From assembly GCA_963821525.1 (NCBI GenBank), contig CAWGED010000005.1, positions 128,001 through 192,000 of the forward strand: 64,000 nt of DNA. Direction: 5' to 3'. Of the stretch, positions 54,204-64,000 are shown piece after piece. The position numbers were made by a program, and so were the translations under genes. Position 1 is the stretch's first letter; each line of letters opens with the position of its first letter. The notes beneath the pieces are model-generated. The model was not told the origin of the DNA. It worked only from the letters and a program-made list of their open reading frames with translations, and did no database searches. This DNA is from an uncultured Gemmatimonadales bacterium. Lineage in GTDB: Bacteria; Gemmatimonadota; Gemmatimonadetes; Gemmatimonadales; GWC2-71-9.

Positions 54204-54785
54204 GTGACCGAAGACCCGCCAGCGCGGCTCCGCCTCCCGCTCACCATTCTGCTGCTCGCCATCGTGGCAGGGGGTGTCGTGGACCTGATCCTCGATGCAC
54301 CGACGGATTGGCGGTCCTTCCATGTTCTTTACGAGCTGGGGCTCATCGGAGCCGCACTTGGTCTGACGGCGTGGCTCTGGCGGGGCTGGGGGCGTGCCGA
54401 AGCCTCCGCTGGTGCCCTGCGCCGGACTCTGGCCGCGCAAAAGGTTGAGCGCGACGCGTGGCGGGCACGTGCCGAACGGGCACTACAGGGACTTGGTAGC
54501 GCCGTGGACGAGCAGTTTCGCATCTGGAGGTTGACCCCGAGCGAGCGGGAGGTGGCGGTGCTGTTGCTCAAGGGCCACGGACACAAACAGATCGCAGCAG
54601 CCACCGGTCGGAGTGAACGCACGGTGCGGCAACATTCAGTCGCGGTGTACCAGAAGTCCGGCCTCCAGGGCCGCGCCGAACTCGCTGCCTTCTTTCTCGA
54701 GGACCTCGTCGTTCCTGACTCTTTGGCTGCGAGCGTCGAGCCTCGTCAACCGATCAAAGCCCATGAGCGGCGCCCAGAACGATGA
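54204..54785 (+). CDS. Membrane-anchored LuxR-family transcriptional regulator
   Basis: Two TM helices, then LTPSEREVAVLLLKG...SERTVRQH...GRAEL. Confidence 0.88.
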   Translation: MTEDPPARLRLPLTILLLAIVAGGVVDLILDAPTDWRSFHVLYELGLIGAALGLTAWLWRGWGRAEASAGALRRTLAAQKVERDAWRARAERALQGLGSAVDEQFRIWRLTPSEREVAVLLLKGHGHKQIAAATGRSERTVRQHSVAVYQKSGLQGRAELAAFFLEDLVVPDSLAASVEPRQPIKAHERRPER

Positions 54786-54790
54786 GCTGA

Positions 54791-54828
54791 AAGACAAAGT
54801 GCCAGTCTCCGAGAGGAAACTGGCACTT
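54791..54828 (-). terminator. Intrinsic terminator of the tRNA operon
   Basis: AAGTGCCAGT / ACTGGCACTT stem with a T-rich tail on the minus strand. Confidence 0.7.
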
Positions 54829-54838
54829 CATCGACCAA

Positions 54839-54913
54839 TCGGGGCGCCCGGATTTGAACCGGGGACCTCCTGCTCCCGAAGCAGGCGCGCTAACCGGACT
54901 GCGCTACGCCCCG
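54839..54913 (-). tRNA. tRNA-Pro(CGG)
   Basis: CGGGGCGTAGCGCAG...CCTGC-TT-CGG-GA-GCAGG...GTTCAAATC. Confidence 0.97.
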
Positions 54914-54917
54914 TCAG

Positions 54918-54991
54918 CGGGCCCTGAGGGACTCGAACCCCCAACCTTCTGATCCGTAGTCAGATGCTCTATCCAATTGAGCTAAGGGCCC
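54918..54991 (-). tRNA. tRNA-Arg(ACG)
   Basis: TCTGA-CT-ACG-GA-TCAGA anticodon arm, GTTCGAGTC. Confidence 0.97.
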
Positions 54992-54993
54992 GA

Positions 54994-55067
54994 TGGGCGG
55001 TACAAGACTCGAACTTGTGACCTCCACGATGTCAACGTGGCGCTCTAACCAACTGAGCTAACCGCCC
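54994..55067 (-). tRNA. tRNA-Val(GAC)
   Basis: CCACG-TT-GAC-AT-CGTGG anticodon arm. Confidence 0.97.
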
Positions 55068-55074
55068 AAAAAGC

Positions 55075-55160
55075 GAGGCGGTCGAGGCGGACGGGGCGGT
55101 CGGGTCGATGCAGAACCGCTCTGACCGCCCTGACCGCCTTGACCGCCGTGACCGCCCTGC
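55075..55160. repeat. Palindrome of tandem 9-mers inside the tRNA operon
   Basis: GGCGGTCGA-like units facing TGACCGCCC-like units. Confidence 0.75.
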
Positions 55161-55162
55161 AA

Positions 55163-55236
55163 TAGCGGGGGTGGGATTTGAACCCACGACCTCCGGGTTA
55201 TGAGCCCGGCGAGCTACCAGACTGCTCCACCCCGCG
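55163..55236 (-). tRNA. Initiator tRNA-fMet(CAT)
   Basis: CGCGGGG start with unpaired position 1:72, GGG/CCC anticodon stem, CAT anticodon. Confidence 0.97.
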
Positions 55237-55283
55237 ACGGTTTCCTTTATAAGAGCCCCCGCGAGGGGCTCAGCAACCTTCAG

Positions 55284-55356
55284 AGCGGGAAACGGGACTC
55301 GAACCCGCGACCCCAACCTTGGCAAGGTTGTGCTCTACCAACTGAGCTATTCCCGC
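55284..55356 (-). tRNA. tRNA-Gly(GCC)
   Basis: GCGGGAATAGCTCAG...CAACC-TT-GCC-AA-GGTTG. Confidence 0.97.
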
Positions 55357-55429
55357 GGTATCGAGGGCCAGAGTTTATCGGCTGGTCCCCCGGATTGCAA
55401 CACCGGGCTTGAACAGGCCCAAGCCACAA

Positions 55430-55502
55430 TGGAGGCGAGGGGGATCGAACCCCTGACCTCGTGAATGCCATTCACGCGCTCTCCCAACTGAGCTACGCCC
55501 CC
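55430..55502 (-). tRNA. tRNA-Ala(GGC)
   Basis: G3:U70 pair, CGTGA-AT-GGC-AT-TCACG. Confidence 0.96.
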
Positions 55503-55555
55503 ATTATATTAGCGCGCCCGTTTCGCGCCCAAACGCCGGGGCGAGCGAGCACGGC

Positions 55556-55584
55556 AAGGTAGTTTCGCCCCTCAGGAGAGTCAA
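55556..55584 (-). promoter_or_regulatory. Sigma70-type promoter of the tRNA operon
   Basis: TTGACT-17 nt-TACCTT on the minus strand, about 50 nt upstream of tRNA-Ala. Confidence 0.7.
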
Positions 55585-55630
55585 GCATTTCCTGGCGCAA
55601 AACGCTCAGGCGCCGCACGATTAGGACGCG

Positions 55631-56638
55631 ATGACCAAGCGGAAATCTCCCGCGCCCCGCACGGCAAAGTCCAAGAGCAAAGCGACGACGGATCCGGCAC
55701 CGGACAAACCGGTGTCTCTATCCGAAGTCCAGAGATTCTGGCCAGCTCTCCGCCCAAGAAGGCTCGCAGCCGCAAACGGGAAACCGCGAAGACCCTCGGC
55801 GTGTACGACGCCGACAAGGACATCCTCGACCAGTACCTGTTCGAGGTGAGCCAGACTCCGCTCCTCACCCCGCAGCAGGAAATTGCCATCGCGAAACTGG
55901 TCCGCGCCGGCAACCAGGAGGCGATGCAGGAGCTGGTGAAGCGCAACCTGCGCTTCGTCATCTCGGTCGCCAAGAAATACCAGAACCGCGGCCTCCCGCT
56001 CACCGATCTGATCGGCGAAGGGAACGTGGGACTCCTCACCGCCGCGCGGAAGTTCGACCCGGACCAGGGCGTCAAGTTCATCTCCTACGCGGTCTGGTGG
56101 ATCCGCCAGGCAATTCTCGCTTCGCTGGCCCGCCAGGGCCGGACCGTGCGGGTGCCGCTCAACCGTACCGCGGACCTTTCCCGCATCGTGCGCACCGCGG
56201 AGACTCTGCGCCAGGAGCTTCGTCGCGAGCCTACGCCGGAGGAAATCGCCAAGTCCACCGGACTCTCGCTCGAAGTGGTTCAGTCGCTCGCTGCGCTCAA
56301 CACCAGCCGAGGTCCGGCTCGACGCCCCGCTCGATCCCGAGGGAGACCGCTCGCTCATCGAGCGCTTCATCGCGGGCGACCAGGCCGACACCGAAGACGA
56401 GGCGATGGATCGCTTCCTGACCGACGAAATCGAAGGGGCACTCCCTACGCTCCCGCCCCGGGATGCCAAGGTGCTCCGGCTCTACTTCGGCCTGGACGGC
56501 GGCCGCGAGCATACCCTGGAAGAGATCGGCGGGATGCTCGGCGTCACCCGCGAGCGGGTCCGCCAGCTGCGCGACCGCGCCCTCAAGCGCCTGCGCGAGG
56601 GAGACGTGGGCCGGGCGTTGGCGAGTTTCGCTGCATAG
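55631..56638 (+). CDS. Sigma70-family RNA polymerase sigma factor (short RpoD/RpoS-like; frameshifts near 55760 and 56305)
   Basis: NLRFVISVAKKY, DLIGEGNVGL, KFISYAVWWIRQ, TLEEIG...TRERVRQ. Confidence 0.92.
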
Positions 56639-56794
56639 CTGCCAGACTAGCAGCTATTAGCTCTAAGCCTAAGCCGGATAGCTATCACGACTTGCCGATA
56701 GTCCCGACACATGCCAGCTTCGCTTTCCGATACCAAATGGCCGCTTTATCGAGTGTCGCACTAGCTAATGGCTAACGGCTAACAGCTAATGGCT
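56636..56794. repeat. Palindrome of tandem 7-mers
   Basis: TAGCnnn units on the left facing GCTAAnn units on the right (GCTAATG GCTAACG GCTAACA GCTAATG). Confidence 0.65.
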
Positions 56795-57522
56795 GTCACA
56801 GCCTCCATCACGCGCGTCGGCCACGGCGCCATCGAGTCCGGCCGCGCCCTGGCCGATGTGCGGACCTGGCTCCCGCTGCTCGCGGCCCAGCTGCGCCGGC
56901 TGGGCGTGGACTCGGTGCCCATCGCCCTGTTCATCGCCGTCTTCACCGGCATCGTCCTGTCCCTGCTTTCCAAATACATCTTCACCGGCGCCGTTCCGCT
57001 CTACTTCGTCGGTGCCCTGGTCGGGAAGACCATCATGATGGAGCTCGGCCCGGTGCTCACCGGACTGGCTCTCGCGGGCAGAGTGGGCGCCAACATCGCC
57101 GCCGAGATCGGGACGATGCGGGTAACCGAGCAGGTGGACGCGCTCGAGACCCTGGCCTACAATCCCAAGAGCTATCTGGTTGTGCCCCGGGTGCTGGCGG
57201 GCGGCATCATGTTTCCCGTCGTTACCGCACTCGCGGTCGCGGTCGGCGTCACCGCGGGCTGGCTGACCGCGATCAATCTGCTCGACTCTCCACGCTCGAA
57301 TTCGTGAAGGGCCTCCGACTCTTCTACCGCTGGAAGGACATCTGGTTCGGTCTGGTGAAGGCGGCGAGCTTCGGCATCGCCGTCACCCTTGCCGGCAGCC
57401 TCATGGGCCTTTCCACCCGGGGCGGGGCAGAGGGCGTCGGCCGCAACACGACCCGCGCCGTCGTCCTGGGTTGCGAGGCGATCCTGGTGCTGGACGCGTT
57501 CTGGGCGTTGGTGCTTTTGTGA
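56789..57522 (+). CDS. mlaE: MlaE-family ABC permease (frameshift near 57290)
   Basis: ELGPVLTGL..AGRVGA.IAAEIGTMRVTEQVDAL, GGAEGVG. Confidence 0.9.
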
Positions 57523-57524
57523 GA

Positions 57525-57619
57525 GGCGGACGGGCCGGACGAGTCGGTCAGGACGGACAAGGCGGACGAACCCTTTTCAGTCCGCCGGTCCGCAAGTCCG
57601 CCGGTCCGCCGGTCCGCTG
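57525..57619. repeat. Palindrome of tandem 8/9-mers
   Basis: GGCGGAC-like units facing GTCCGCCG units, between mlaE and mlaF. Confidence 0.7.
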
Positions 57620-58382
57620 ATGATCCAATTCCACAACGTCCACAAATCCTTCGGCGCCAAGACCGTCCTCGAGGGCTTCTCGCTTTCCATTCCGGATCGC
57701 GAAACCACCGTCATCATCGGCTACTCGGGGAGCGGGAAGAGTGTCGCGCTCAAGCACATTGTGGGTCTCATCCTGCCCGATTCCGGCCAAGTCGAGGTGG
57801 ACGGCCAGGCGGTGGGCCAGCTTGGCAAGGATGAATTGACCGAGCTGCGGCGGAAGGTCGGGTACGTATTCCAGTTCGCGGCTCTGTTCGACTCGATGAC
57901 GGTCGCGGAAAACATCGGGCTCGGTCTCGCGCGCCGGGGCTTGTCCGAGAGTGAGATCGAACGCCGGATCGCCGACAGCCTCGCGCTGGTGGATCTGCCC
58001 GGACACCCAGGCCCGCTATCCTGCGGAGCTGTCCGGCGGCATGCGGAAGCGGGTGGGCATCGCCCGAGCGATCGCTCTCCAGCCGCGCTACATTCTGTAC
58101 GACGAACCCACCTCGGGCCTCGATCCCGTGACCTCCGCGGTGATCGATGAGCTCATGGTTCGCGCCCGGAAGGAACTGGGGGTGACCGGGGTAGTCGTCA
58201 CCCATGACATGCGCAGCGCCTATACCGTGGGAGACCGCATCGCGATGCTCTACCAGGGTAAAGTCCGCCAGGAGGGAACCATCGCCGAGATTCAGGCCAC
58301 TCGAGACCCGATCGTGCGGCAGTTCATCGAGGGGCGCCCGCGCGAAGCGGCTCCCGACTCCAGCGCCACGGTCGGGGCATGA
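57620..58382 (+). CDS. mlaF: MlaF-family ABC ATPase (frameshift near 58000)
   Basis: GYSGSGKS, FQFAALFDS, LSGGMRKRV, YDEPTSGLDP. Confidence 0.9.
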
Positions 58383-59386
58383 AGCGAAGCAACGAATTCC
58401 TGGTGGGTCTCGTGCTGCTGGTAGCGCTCGGCATCACCATCGCCGGCGCCCTCTGGCTTGGCGAGACCAACGTGGGGCGGCGCGAGCAGCTGCACGTGGC
58501 CCGCTTCCGCACGGTGGGAGGCCTCACCCCCGGCGCACCGGTCACCCTGCGTGGTGTGAAGGTGGGCCGGATCGATGCTGTGCGTCTGGGCGAGGGAGAC
58601 TGGGTCGACGCCGATCTCAGGGTTTACCAGGGTGTCGAGCTTCCCGCCCGCCCTGCCGTGATCGCCGCCTCCCAGAGTCTGTTCGGTGAATGGTCCGCCA
58701 CGATCGTCTCCGGCGACGAGCCGCAGGACGACCCCAACGTGCGGGAGATGCTGACTGAAGCGGCGAAAGCGGGCGGTGGCGCGTGGCCCGGTGCCACACT
58801 CCCCGACGTCGGGCAGCTCACCGCACAGGCCGGCCGGATCGCCACCGACATCGCTGCTGTCGCGGAGCGGGTGCAGACCACCTTCGACTCGAGTGCCGTG
58901 TTCGAGCTACGGAAGGGAGTGAAGGACTTCGCCGCCATCACCGACCGGCTGGCCAAGTTCACCCAGAGCCAGACCAGCCGGCTCAACACGGTTACCGGGA
59001 ACATCGATACGACGGCGTTCGCCGTCCGGAACGCCAGTGAAGATCTGCGCCAGGTCCTCGCCCGGATCGACGCGGCGACCGACAGCAACCAGCTCGAGGG
59101 AATCGTCCGGAATGCGCAGACCGGGACGGCCAGCCTCAGGACGGCGGCGGCGGACATCCGGACCCTCACCGAGGCGGCCCGCGTCCATCAGGCCAACCTG
59201 ATTCGCGTTCTCCTCGCCGCAGACTCCATATTGGGACGGATCCAGACCGGGCAGGGGACCCTTGGCATGCTCTCCCGGGACAGCGCACTGTATAATGAAA
59301 CCACCGAGACCATGCGGGAATTCCGCAAGCTGATCGCGGACATCCAGGCCAATCCGCGAAAGTACTTCAAGTTCAGCGTGTTCTAA
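58379..59386 (+). CDS. mlaD: MlaD/MCE family protein
   Basis: N-terminal TM, GLTPGAPVTLRGVKVG, GTLG, NPRKYF. Confidence 0.9.
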   Translation: MKRSNEFLVGLVLLVALGITIAGALWLGETNVGRREQLHVARFRTVGGLTPGAPVTLRGVKVGRIDAVRLGEGDWVDADLRVYQGVELPARPAVIAASQSLFGEWSATIVSGDEPQDDPNVREMLTEAAKAGGGAWPGATLPDVGQLTAQAGRIATDIAAVAERVQTTFDSSAVFELRKGVKDFAAITDRLAKFTQSQTSRLNTVTGNIDTTAFAVRNASEDLRQVLARIDAATDSNQLEGIVRNAQTGTASLRTAAADIRTLTEAARVHQANLIRVLLAADSILGRIQTGQGTLGMLSRDSALYNETTETMREFRKLIADIQANPRKYFKFSVF

Positions 59387-59391
59387 GAAAG

Positions 59392-59522
59392 CGTGAGAAG
59401 TGAGAGGTAAGACGGTGAGAGGGATGCGGCACTCGGGCTCTCGCGCGCGGAAGGGAAGCGTGATATTGGTCATGCTGACGAATCGCAGGTCCTGCTCACT
59501 TCTCACCGTCTCACTGCTCACG
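59392..59522. repeat. Palindrome of tandem 7-mers
   Basis: GTGAGAA GTGAGAG GTAAGAC GGTGAGA facing CTCACTT CTCACCG TCTCACT GCTCAC. Confidence 0.75.
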
Positions 59523-59538
59523 TTTTGGGGGTAAGGCG

Positions 59539-60030
59539 ATGGGTAAGCGACGCCCGGAACGCGAGGTGTCGGCAGGGGGGATCGTGTTCCGGAGAGAGCC
59601 GGACCGTTCCGCCCGTTTCCTGCTGATTCGCGATTCCTATCGCAACTGGGGTTTTCCCAAGGGCCATCTCGAGGGCGAGGAATCTCCCGCCGAGGCCGCC
59701 GGCCGGGAAACCAGCGAGGAGACCGGTCTCTCCGACCTGGTCATGCACGGTCCAATCCGGATCATCGACTGGCATTTCCGCTTTCGCGGCCGCTACATCC
59801 ACAAGTTCTGTCACTTCTTCCTGTTCGAGAGCCCGGCCGGCGAGGTGAGACCTCAGGCCGACGAGGGCATCACCGATTATCGCTGGTGTACGCTCGATGA
59901 AGCGCTCGAGACCCTGAGCTACGACAATGCCCGGGGTGTGTTGAAGCGGGCGGGAGACATGGCGAGGACGCTCGTGGCCATGGGAAGCGGCCGCTCGCAA
60001 CCCACCACCGCACCGCTGGTCGAGAGCTGA
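59539..60030 (+). CDS. NUDIX hydrolase (Ap4A-hydrolase-like)
   Basis: SAGG, WGFPKGHLEGEESPAEAAGRETSEETG Nudix box. Confidence 0.9.
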   Translation: MGKRRPEREVSAGGIVFRREPDRSARFLLIRDSYRNWGFPKGHLEGEESPAEAAGRETSEETGLSDLVMHGPIRIIDWHFRFRGRYIHKFCHFFLFESPAGEVRPQADEGITDYRWCTLDEALETLSYDNARGVLKRAGDMARTLVAMGSGRSQPTTAPLVES

Positions 60031-60031
60031 A

Positions 60032-60805
60032 GTGCCTGTCGTCGCCGCGCTCCTCGAGAGCCGCGACGCCGCGCAGGCGCTTCGCCGCTCACTTCCCCGC
60101 AGCAACTGGTCGCTCGCCCGCTGCCGTCACGCCAACGGGTTGCGGAAGGTCCTCGCGACCCGCCTGGTAGATGCCATCGTACTGACTCCCCAGGCCGTCG
60201 CTCAGCCGCAGATTCAGGAAGTTCGGGCCGCGTTCCCCGGAGTTCCCATGGTGGCGTTCGGGCCCTTCCGTCCCGACGACGGGGAGATGATGCTGGCCTG
60301 CCATGAGGCGAAGGTCGCGGCTCTGCTGGTCGAAGGGGTGGACAACGCGGTGTCCGGCGAGGTGGTGCTTCGCGTCTCCGCCGCCGAGGAGCGCCGCCGC
60401 ACTCTGGCGGACGCGCCTCGTGCGCTCCGTCTCACCGATCCGGTGCAACGCGACGTGTGGGATTATCTGCTGGAGCGGGTGGATCAGACGGTGAGAACCG
60501 GCGCGCTGGCTCAGCGGCTCAAGATCAGTCGGGAACATCTGAGCCGGCAATTCGGTGCCGGTGGCGCTCCCAATCTCAAGCGGGTCATCGATCTCACCCG
60601 GATCGCATGCGCCGCGCAGTTGCTCCGCAATCCCGGCTACGACGCCGGAACCACCGCGCGACTCCTCCGCTTTGCCACCTCCAGCCACCTCACCATCACC
60701 GCCAGGCGTATTGCGGGAGCCTCGGCCAGCGGGCTGGCGAGCATGGGACCCCGAGGCGTTCTCGCCGCGTTTGCCCGGGGGAACACCCGAAGCAGGATTC
60801 GGTAG
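60032..60805 (+). CDS. AraC-like HTH regulator with degenerate receiver-like N-terminus
   Basis: LAQRLKISREHLSRQF, A..LRF.TSSHL. Confidence 0.7.
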   Translation: MPVVAALLESRDAAQALRRSLPRSNWSLARCRHANGLRKVLATRLVDAIVLTPQAVAQPQIQEVRAAFPGVPMVAFGPFRPDDGEMMLACHEAKVAALLVEGVDNAVSGEVVLRVSAAEERRRTLADAPRALRLTDPVQRDVWDYLLERVDQTVRTGALAQRLKISREHLSRQFGAGGAPNLKRVIDLTRIACAAQLLRNPGYDAGTTARLLRFATSSHLTITARRIAGASASGLASMGPRGVLAAFARGNTRSRIR

Positions 60806-60809
60806 CTCG

Positions 60810-62454
60810 AACCCTCAGCGAGGTCCGGTCCGCCGGTGCGCTCCACCACCGCTCGCGCGGCACCACCACCGAATGTTCCGGCTGACTCATGAAGTGGGGT
60901 GAAAGGATCTGCACCCCGTGCTCGTTGAATGCGTCCTGGATGTTGGTGTGCAGCTCGGAGAGGATGAACACGCGCTGGGCCGGTTCCTCGGGTTGGAAGT
61001 TGAGGGTGTATTCGACGTAGAAATCGGAGAGCGAGCTTTGCAGGACGAAGGGTGGCGGCGTCCCGGCGAATCCCTTGAGTCCGTTCCGCCGCCTGGCAAA
61101 GCATCGCGTGAACCTGTCGCCACGGAGCGTCATATCCGATGGTGACAGAGGTGCGATACCAGAGCGTGTCGGCTCGGTCCATTCTGGAGTAATTCGTCGT
61201 CGCCGCGCCCAGCACCACCGCATTCGGAATCGTCACCAGCTCCTGCCATGGAGTGCGGATCCTGGTTGCCACCAGCCCGACTTCGGCCACTGTCCCCTCG
61301 TACTCGCCGACCCTTACGTAGTCCCCAAGCCGGAGCGCCCTGGCATAAACCAGAATGAGCCCACTCACGATCTGGTTGATGCTGCCGCTTGAGCCAAGGG
61401 TGACCAGGAGCCCGAGAAGAACGCTCACTCCCTTGAAGGCGTCGCTTCCGCTCCCCGGCAGATGCGGGTAACAGAGAACGAGACCGAATACCCAAAGCAG
61501 CGTCACCACGATCCGTTCGGTGGGGGCGGCCGTATCCGGAGGAAGCCACGGTACCGATACCCTGCCGGACTGAACCGCCCGGAAAAATCCCCGAGTCAAC
61601 CGGACCAGGAATCGAATGAAGAGCAGGATGACGACGGCGGTGAAAAGACCCGGGATGGTCTTCAGCGCCCCCAGGGCGAGGTCCCCAAGCGTCGTGAGCA
61701 GGAAGTGCCTGAGGGCCCGTCCCCAGGGGCGGTGTAGGGGAACCGGCCCAGCGAGAAGCTGAGCCAGATCTCCGCAAGCACCAATCCCGCGACCCATGCG
61801 AGCGCGGTAGTGAGGTACTTCAAACCCTGCCGGATCTGCTCGTGATCCAGCAGCTGGAATCCGCCCAGCTTCCCCGAGCGGACGTCTCTCACCGCGCGGG
61901 TCTGGAGCCACCTGAGGAGAACCAGCCGAAGTTTGATGATGATCTGAAGAACCACGACGAGGAGTGTCGTGGCGAACAGCGCCCAGAGCGCGCCGCGAAG
62001 CAGCACCCCGGGACTTCGCGCCGCGCGCTCGGCATCAATCGCCTCACGCAGCCGAGCCGCCGCCGAGTCGGCGACTACAGCTGAGATCCTCTCCGGCCAG
62101 GCTGTCGGCATCGGCGGGACCCAGCACCAGAACCACGGTGCCGGTTGCGGTGACGGTAATGGCACCGAGGAGGTGCTCGACTCCGACGCTATCGCCAGTA
62201 GCGGGACCCTCGAGTACCTTGGCGAGGCGTTCGCGGGCCAGCGCCGCCCGCTCCGCGGGGGAGTAGGAGCCCAGCGGCTCGGCGGTAGACGAAGATCGGC
62301 CGGTTCTGGAGGACGAGAGTTGCGGTGTCTGCTGCCTGGAGGGGCTTGGACGGCCCGTCGGCCCGGGCGGCCAAGGGGTGAACCAGCAACAAAAGCCCCA
62401 GCCCGGCGAGGGCTGGTCCGCAGGCGGCTTCCATCTTCCAAGTTTTGGCCGCAT
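60810..62454 (-). CDS. MscS-family mechanosensitive channel (frameshifted; ends approximate)
   Basis: GDYVRVG..EGTV, TIPN, IGYDAPWRQV, FNEHGVQILSPH. Confidence 0.85.
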
Positions 62455-62531
62455 GGCCGATTATATCGCCCGCTGCAGGACCCGGCGAGAGCCGACCGGG
62501 CTTGGCCGACGGCTTGGACCTTCGGGCAAAC

Positions 62532-62560
62532 TTGCCCGAAGGGTCTCCATGTGATAATTT
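62532..62560 (+). promoter_or_regulatory. Putative sigma70 promoter of atpA
   Basis: TTGCCC-17 nt-TAATTT, about 47 nt upstream of the ATG. Confidence 0.5.
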
Positions 62561-62607
62561 TCACAAGCTAAGTTCTGACCGCATTTCCACTCACAGATCG
62601 AAGGCTT

Positions 62608-64000
<1,393 letters not shown>

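Noticed and set aside
55032..55471. ORFs overlapping the tRNA cluster
   Set aside because: They are translations of tRNA sequence

Overview
High-GC bacterial chromosomal segment, most likely Gemmatimonadota. This is an inference from three paralogous 'RYxIERELGxGGMAxVYLA' Ser/Thr kinases with TolB-like/TPR tails, a BTAD activator of the same build and a TonB-dependent receptor. Single-base indels break many genes, including atpA and the sigma factor, so most frameshifts are treated as long-read assembly errors and the genes are stitched. From left to right the window holds: a tightly coupled sugar kinase / lyase-CBM9 / aminotransferase / two-amidohydrolase / two-PilZ / solA / serine hydrolase operon; a receptor-kinase pair divergent from a BTAD activator; an ABC-2 exporter; a five-gene aminolipid-like cluster (OlsB-like, OlsA-like, DinB, NRDE/TANGO2, hydrolase-DedA-ATP-grasp fusion); accessory genes next to tRNA-Arg(CCG); a PHM-like copper protein; an 872-aa coiled-coil protein; accessory genes next to a six-tRNA operon; a sigma70 factor, mlaEFD, NUDIX, AraC-like and MscS genes; and the start of atpA. 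The most notable non-coding structure is a set of direct-repeat-flanked gene islets with no integrase in the window (two at duplicated tRNA 3' ends, two at duplicated halves of hairpins). There is also a family of intergenic palindromes built from 7-9-mer tandem units, and an orphan IS481-like end.
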